A stretch of DNA of 64,000 bases from Trichoplax adhaerens (lineage: Eukaryota; Animalia; Placozoa). The stretch spans positions 10,138,209 through 10,202,208 of the forward strand of contig NW_002060943.1 of NCBI RefSeq assembly GCF_000150275.1. The letters are read 5' to 3'. The notes beneath the pieces are model-generated. The model was not told the DNA's origin and searched no databases. It was given only the letters and a program-made list of their open reading frames with translations. The stretch's first letter is position 1. Each line of letters opens with the position of its first letter. This document shows, piece by piece, positions 60,701 through 64,000 of the stretch. Position numbers and translations under genes: made by a program.

Positions 60701-62209
60701 TAAATGTTTAAGATTCATAATATTCTCGTATTGTACGTTATGTATTACATATACATAAAGTACCGAATCAGTTATTATTTTACCAGAAAGTTATTCGTTC
60801 ATGTGTGATTTTATTAAAAAAGCTATAGGCATTTACTGAGTGGACCTAAATGCTACAGTTTACATCATATTTAGGATAATTTAAACTATCCAAAAATAAT
60901 TTAAAATGTCAAATGGAGAAACTTTAATTAAGAGTAAAGCGTATTTAATTCTGCTCATTAGCTATGTTGATTTTCTTGTAAAGGTATCAAATATATTATA
61001 TCGTGCTATCAGGAATACTATTACATTAGATTTGGATTTTAAACGGAAAGGAAAGCAGTTCTTATTTGTAGTATATGACATTACCATATTTTGTGAATTA
61101 AAATTATTAATTTTATTGGTTGAGAATTTTTTCAGTCTAAGTGTTTTCAGCCAGCTTTAGAGCATTTGGCCCGCAATAATATCAGAAATACCGATACACT
61201 TTATTTAATAAAATGTTTCCAATTTTGAAGCGTAACGTAAGTAATATTTGGAAGACTTTATGATGTCGTACTGCTGCATTTCTTGAATTAGGAATTATTG
61301 CAATTAGTTAAGCTTGTGCCGCCAGATTTATTATTGTTACACATAGGCCTGTATAAAATTTTAGATAGGCAAAAATACGCGTACATACGTAAAAAGCATT
61401 GTTATTGCTGCCGCAGTACTTTGATATTGTCGTAAATGCAATTTACCGTTAATTATAAATATATACAGTATATAATAGTTGGTTAAGAAAGTTTAGTCTT
61501 TAATTTTATGTCGGGTAAATGAGTCAAGGTTTGTCATGAGAAATGACTTGATATTAAAGTGTGCACAATTAAACGTAGATTCTAGGATAGTCCCCTTTTT
61601 AAAAGTCTATAAGCCAAACTGAGATATTATAGAAGGTTTATAACATTGCGTAGATTAGTTCAAGTGCATGCTTGTTGTTTCTATTTTGTTCGCGTATTTA
61701 TGACTCTACGCGTATGTGTTTGGATCCTGTAGAGGTAAAAATCTGCACATTTTGCGTTTTATACATAGTAGTGTACACGTTATGACATTACATAATTTAT
61801 ATTTCGAGAGTAGTTTGAGGATATTCCGTAGAGAATCTCGTAATTTATTGCTAAAGTAAAGGTCTGGCTATGCGATTTCAAGAAATAATTCTTGCCAGGT
61901 GTAGAATGTAGGTTATAGTGTTATAAATTCATTAAATTTTAATTTTATTTAATTTATAGGGTTTAAAACTTTTATATGTTCTGATCAACTTTATGTCGCC
62001 TGATTTGAAATGGATTTCAAAGAATTGTCTAAAAAGCACCGGTAAAATTACAAAAGGCTATGTTTGTTTTACAATTATTGCTTGCATTGTTTTGCCATTG
62101 ATTACATTAAATAGCGCAGTACTATCACGACGTTTTCACGAGGTCACCACTTCGTGTGTAAATAATTTTAATTAATTAAAGCTGATAAAAATAAAAAATA
62201 AAGGCTTCT

Positions 62210-63120
62210 ATACTGTACAGTACAATGTACATATGATATAGTACTAACCAATGCTCCATACAATATTAACATTACAGTACAGTATGTATCAGAGTAATAC
62301 TGGCTAGTGTGCTCAAGTGTACACTGCAACGCTACAGTGTGCTGCCGTCTAGTAAGTGCTCTGCCGTATGGACTACAGCTGCTTGCAAATGGAACCGATG
62401 CAACGTTGCAATAACGAACTCTTGGCTTTTCGAGCACTTTTTTACAGTATCAAAATGCGGCTGCATTACAAATCAAGAGTCTACTGTCAGGTTTGTCCTG
62501 CTGACATTTACCTATAGTACGATTCTAACTACTGACGATTTCCTATCATCAGGACGAACAGTATACACCACTAGTCTCTCTTTTAGACTTAACTGAACTC
62601 CAACTTTATTTGAAAAAGTCGGTCAATTTAGAGCAAATCGACATCAACGTTAAACATGAATTAATTATCAATTCAGTTGATAGATAATAATAATAATATT
62701 ATACTGTACTGTACGAGTATGCAGTTATCTATTAAAAATATATTAGATAAAATTGTCTTAAGGAAATTAGGTTACGACAGCTATGCATAGGTTACTCCGT
62801 AACAGGCTGTTAAAGTTAGTTACAGTAGACAGCATCTGGCCGCCATCGTTTGAAGTTTCTTTAACTTCTACAGTACCACGACGATTCCTGATCATCGGTT
62901 TAATAGCCCCAGACAATATGTACTGTACAGTACAGTACTGTAAGGTACTTCAGTACAGTTTGAAAATATAAAGGCAAGGAATAATACTGTACAGTACTGT
63001 ACTGTACTGTACACTGTACAGTAGTGTTCTGCCCATTCGCACTGGTATTGTTCATGATATTAAGCATTGTTGTTTCTGAATAGTACGGTAATAATCTATT
63101 GTACTGTACTGTACCGTGAC
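62210..63120. repeat. (TACAG/CTGTA)n array region, possible distal promoter of the adenylyl cyclase
   Basis: Dense blocks at about 62920-63025 and 63100-63115, weaker ones at 62210-62285. Confidence 0.8.
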
Positions 63121-64000
63121 AGTAGCACAAGTTGTGTATACTGTGCGGTATGCACATGATGCCATAATGATGCTGCATACCACGCACTGGTGACCTGCTG
63201 GCTTTGATTACAGTAGCTGCAGGATTTCACTTCAAACGTTTTATGTTGTAGGTGCAAATTGTGTCTTATTGATAGCGGTAAGGTTTCTGTATTTTATTTT
63301 TATTTTTTCATCTAATGAGATTAAAAGAGTCACATCGTAGGTTTTAGAATGTTATCTTACTAGTATTTATTCTTATAGAAGTAATGTGCATCATTGCTTA
63401 TTGAATTGAAGTATTAAAGTGTGAAATGTTCAGTTCACGTTGCAATTTGTGATTGTTTTTAAGCGAAGAATCGCAGCTTAATATTACAGCGTAAAGTAAA
63501 ATCTTGGATAACCTTGGTTTTCTTCTTTGAAGGAAAATGGCTCTTATCAGCAATTCTGCCTTGCTTCAACTCCTTAGACATAGCAAGATGATCAATACAA
63601 CTGCAGCCGCAAGTTGCAGATCGATGTACGTATTTTTTTTTGAGCAAATTACAGCCATTACTGCTGATGTACAACTTAGGGTACATGTTGATCTTAAAAA
63701 CATTGCACTATGAATCTGAAGTACTGCAGTAGCTATCTTTATCAAGACTGATTGGTTTATTATGATACTTATGGTTATTTCACACTCTTTATAGTATTGA
63801 TGTGCATGTACTGGCCGTTGCTTAAAAAATTTATTCGTAGTTTGCTCGAGAGGGTAACTTGAAGTGCAGAATCGCTCAGGATTACAGCATTATTATTGAG
63901 ATAGCAGTAGAGTCTGCACATAGTCTGCATAGGATACTACAATAACGGTCTAGCTAATACTTCTCACCAGATTATGTCAATAAATAAAATTATCGTCAAC

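Noticed and set aside
61960-62175. Plus-strand ORF with a hydrophobic stretch after a good acceptor; also the minus-strand ORF 63459-63686
   Set aside because: No recognisable homology and no partner exons identified.

Overview
AT-rich (roughly one-third GC by eye), intron-rich animal genomic DNA. The compact genes, short introns and animal-type gene set suggest a placozoan (Trichoplax-like) or another early-branching metazoan; this is an inference. I reconstructed ten spliced genes by hand: the 3' half of a divergent Wnt (+), dynein light intermediate chain (-), two head-to-head ATP synthase subunit c paralogs (-/+), PIG-M (+), METTL17/RSM22 (-), ALG8 (+), a PTP1B/TCPTP-like phosphatase (+), mitochondrial GTP-PEPCK (-) and an ADCY2/4/7-like adenylyl cyclase (-). 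There is also a candidate 61-aa spliced microprotein. Four observations stand out. (1) Self-complementary (TACAG/CTGTA)n arrays lie just upstream of almost every gene start and are largely absent from gene bodies. (2) The subunit c pair encodes identical mature proteins but different presequences, built from phase-matched cassettes of short exons and micro-exons (5-47 nt). (3) A perfect 26-bp inverted repeat with a (TTAGGG)2 loop sits almost exactly on the symmetry axis of that pair. (4) A family of roughly 30-45 bp TIR mini-elements carries 7-8 bp target-site-like flanks. All exon boundaries were read by eye and need RNA-seq confirmation.
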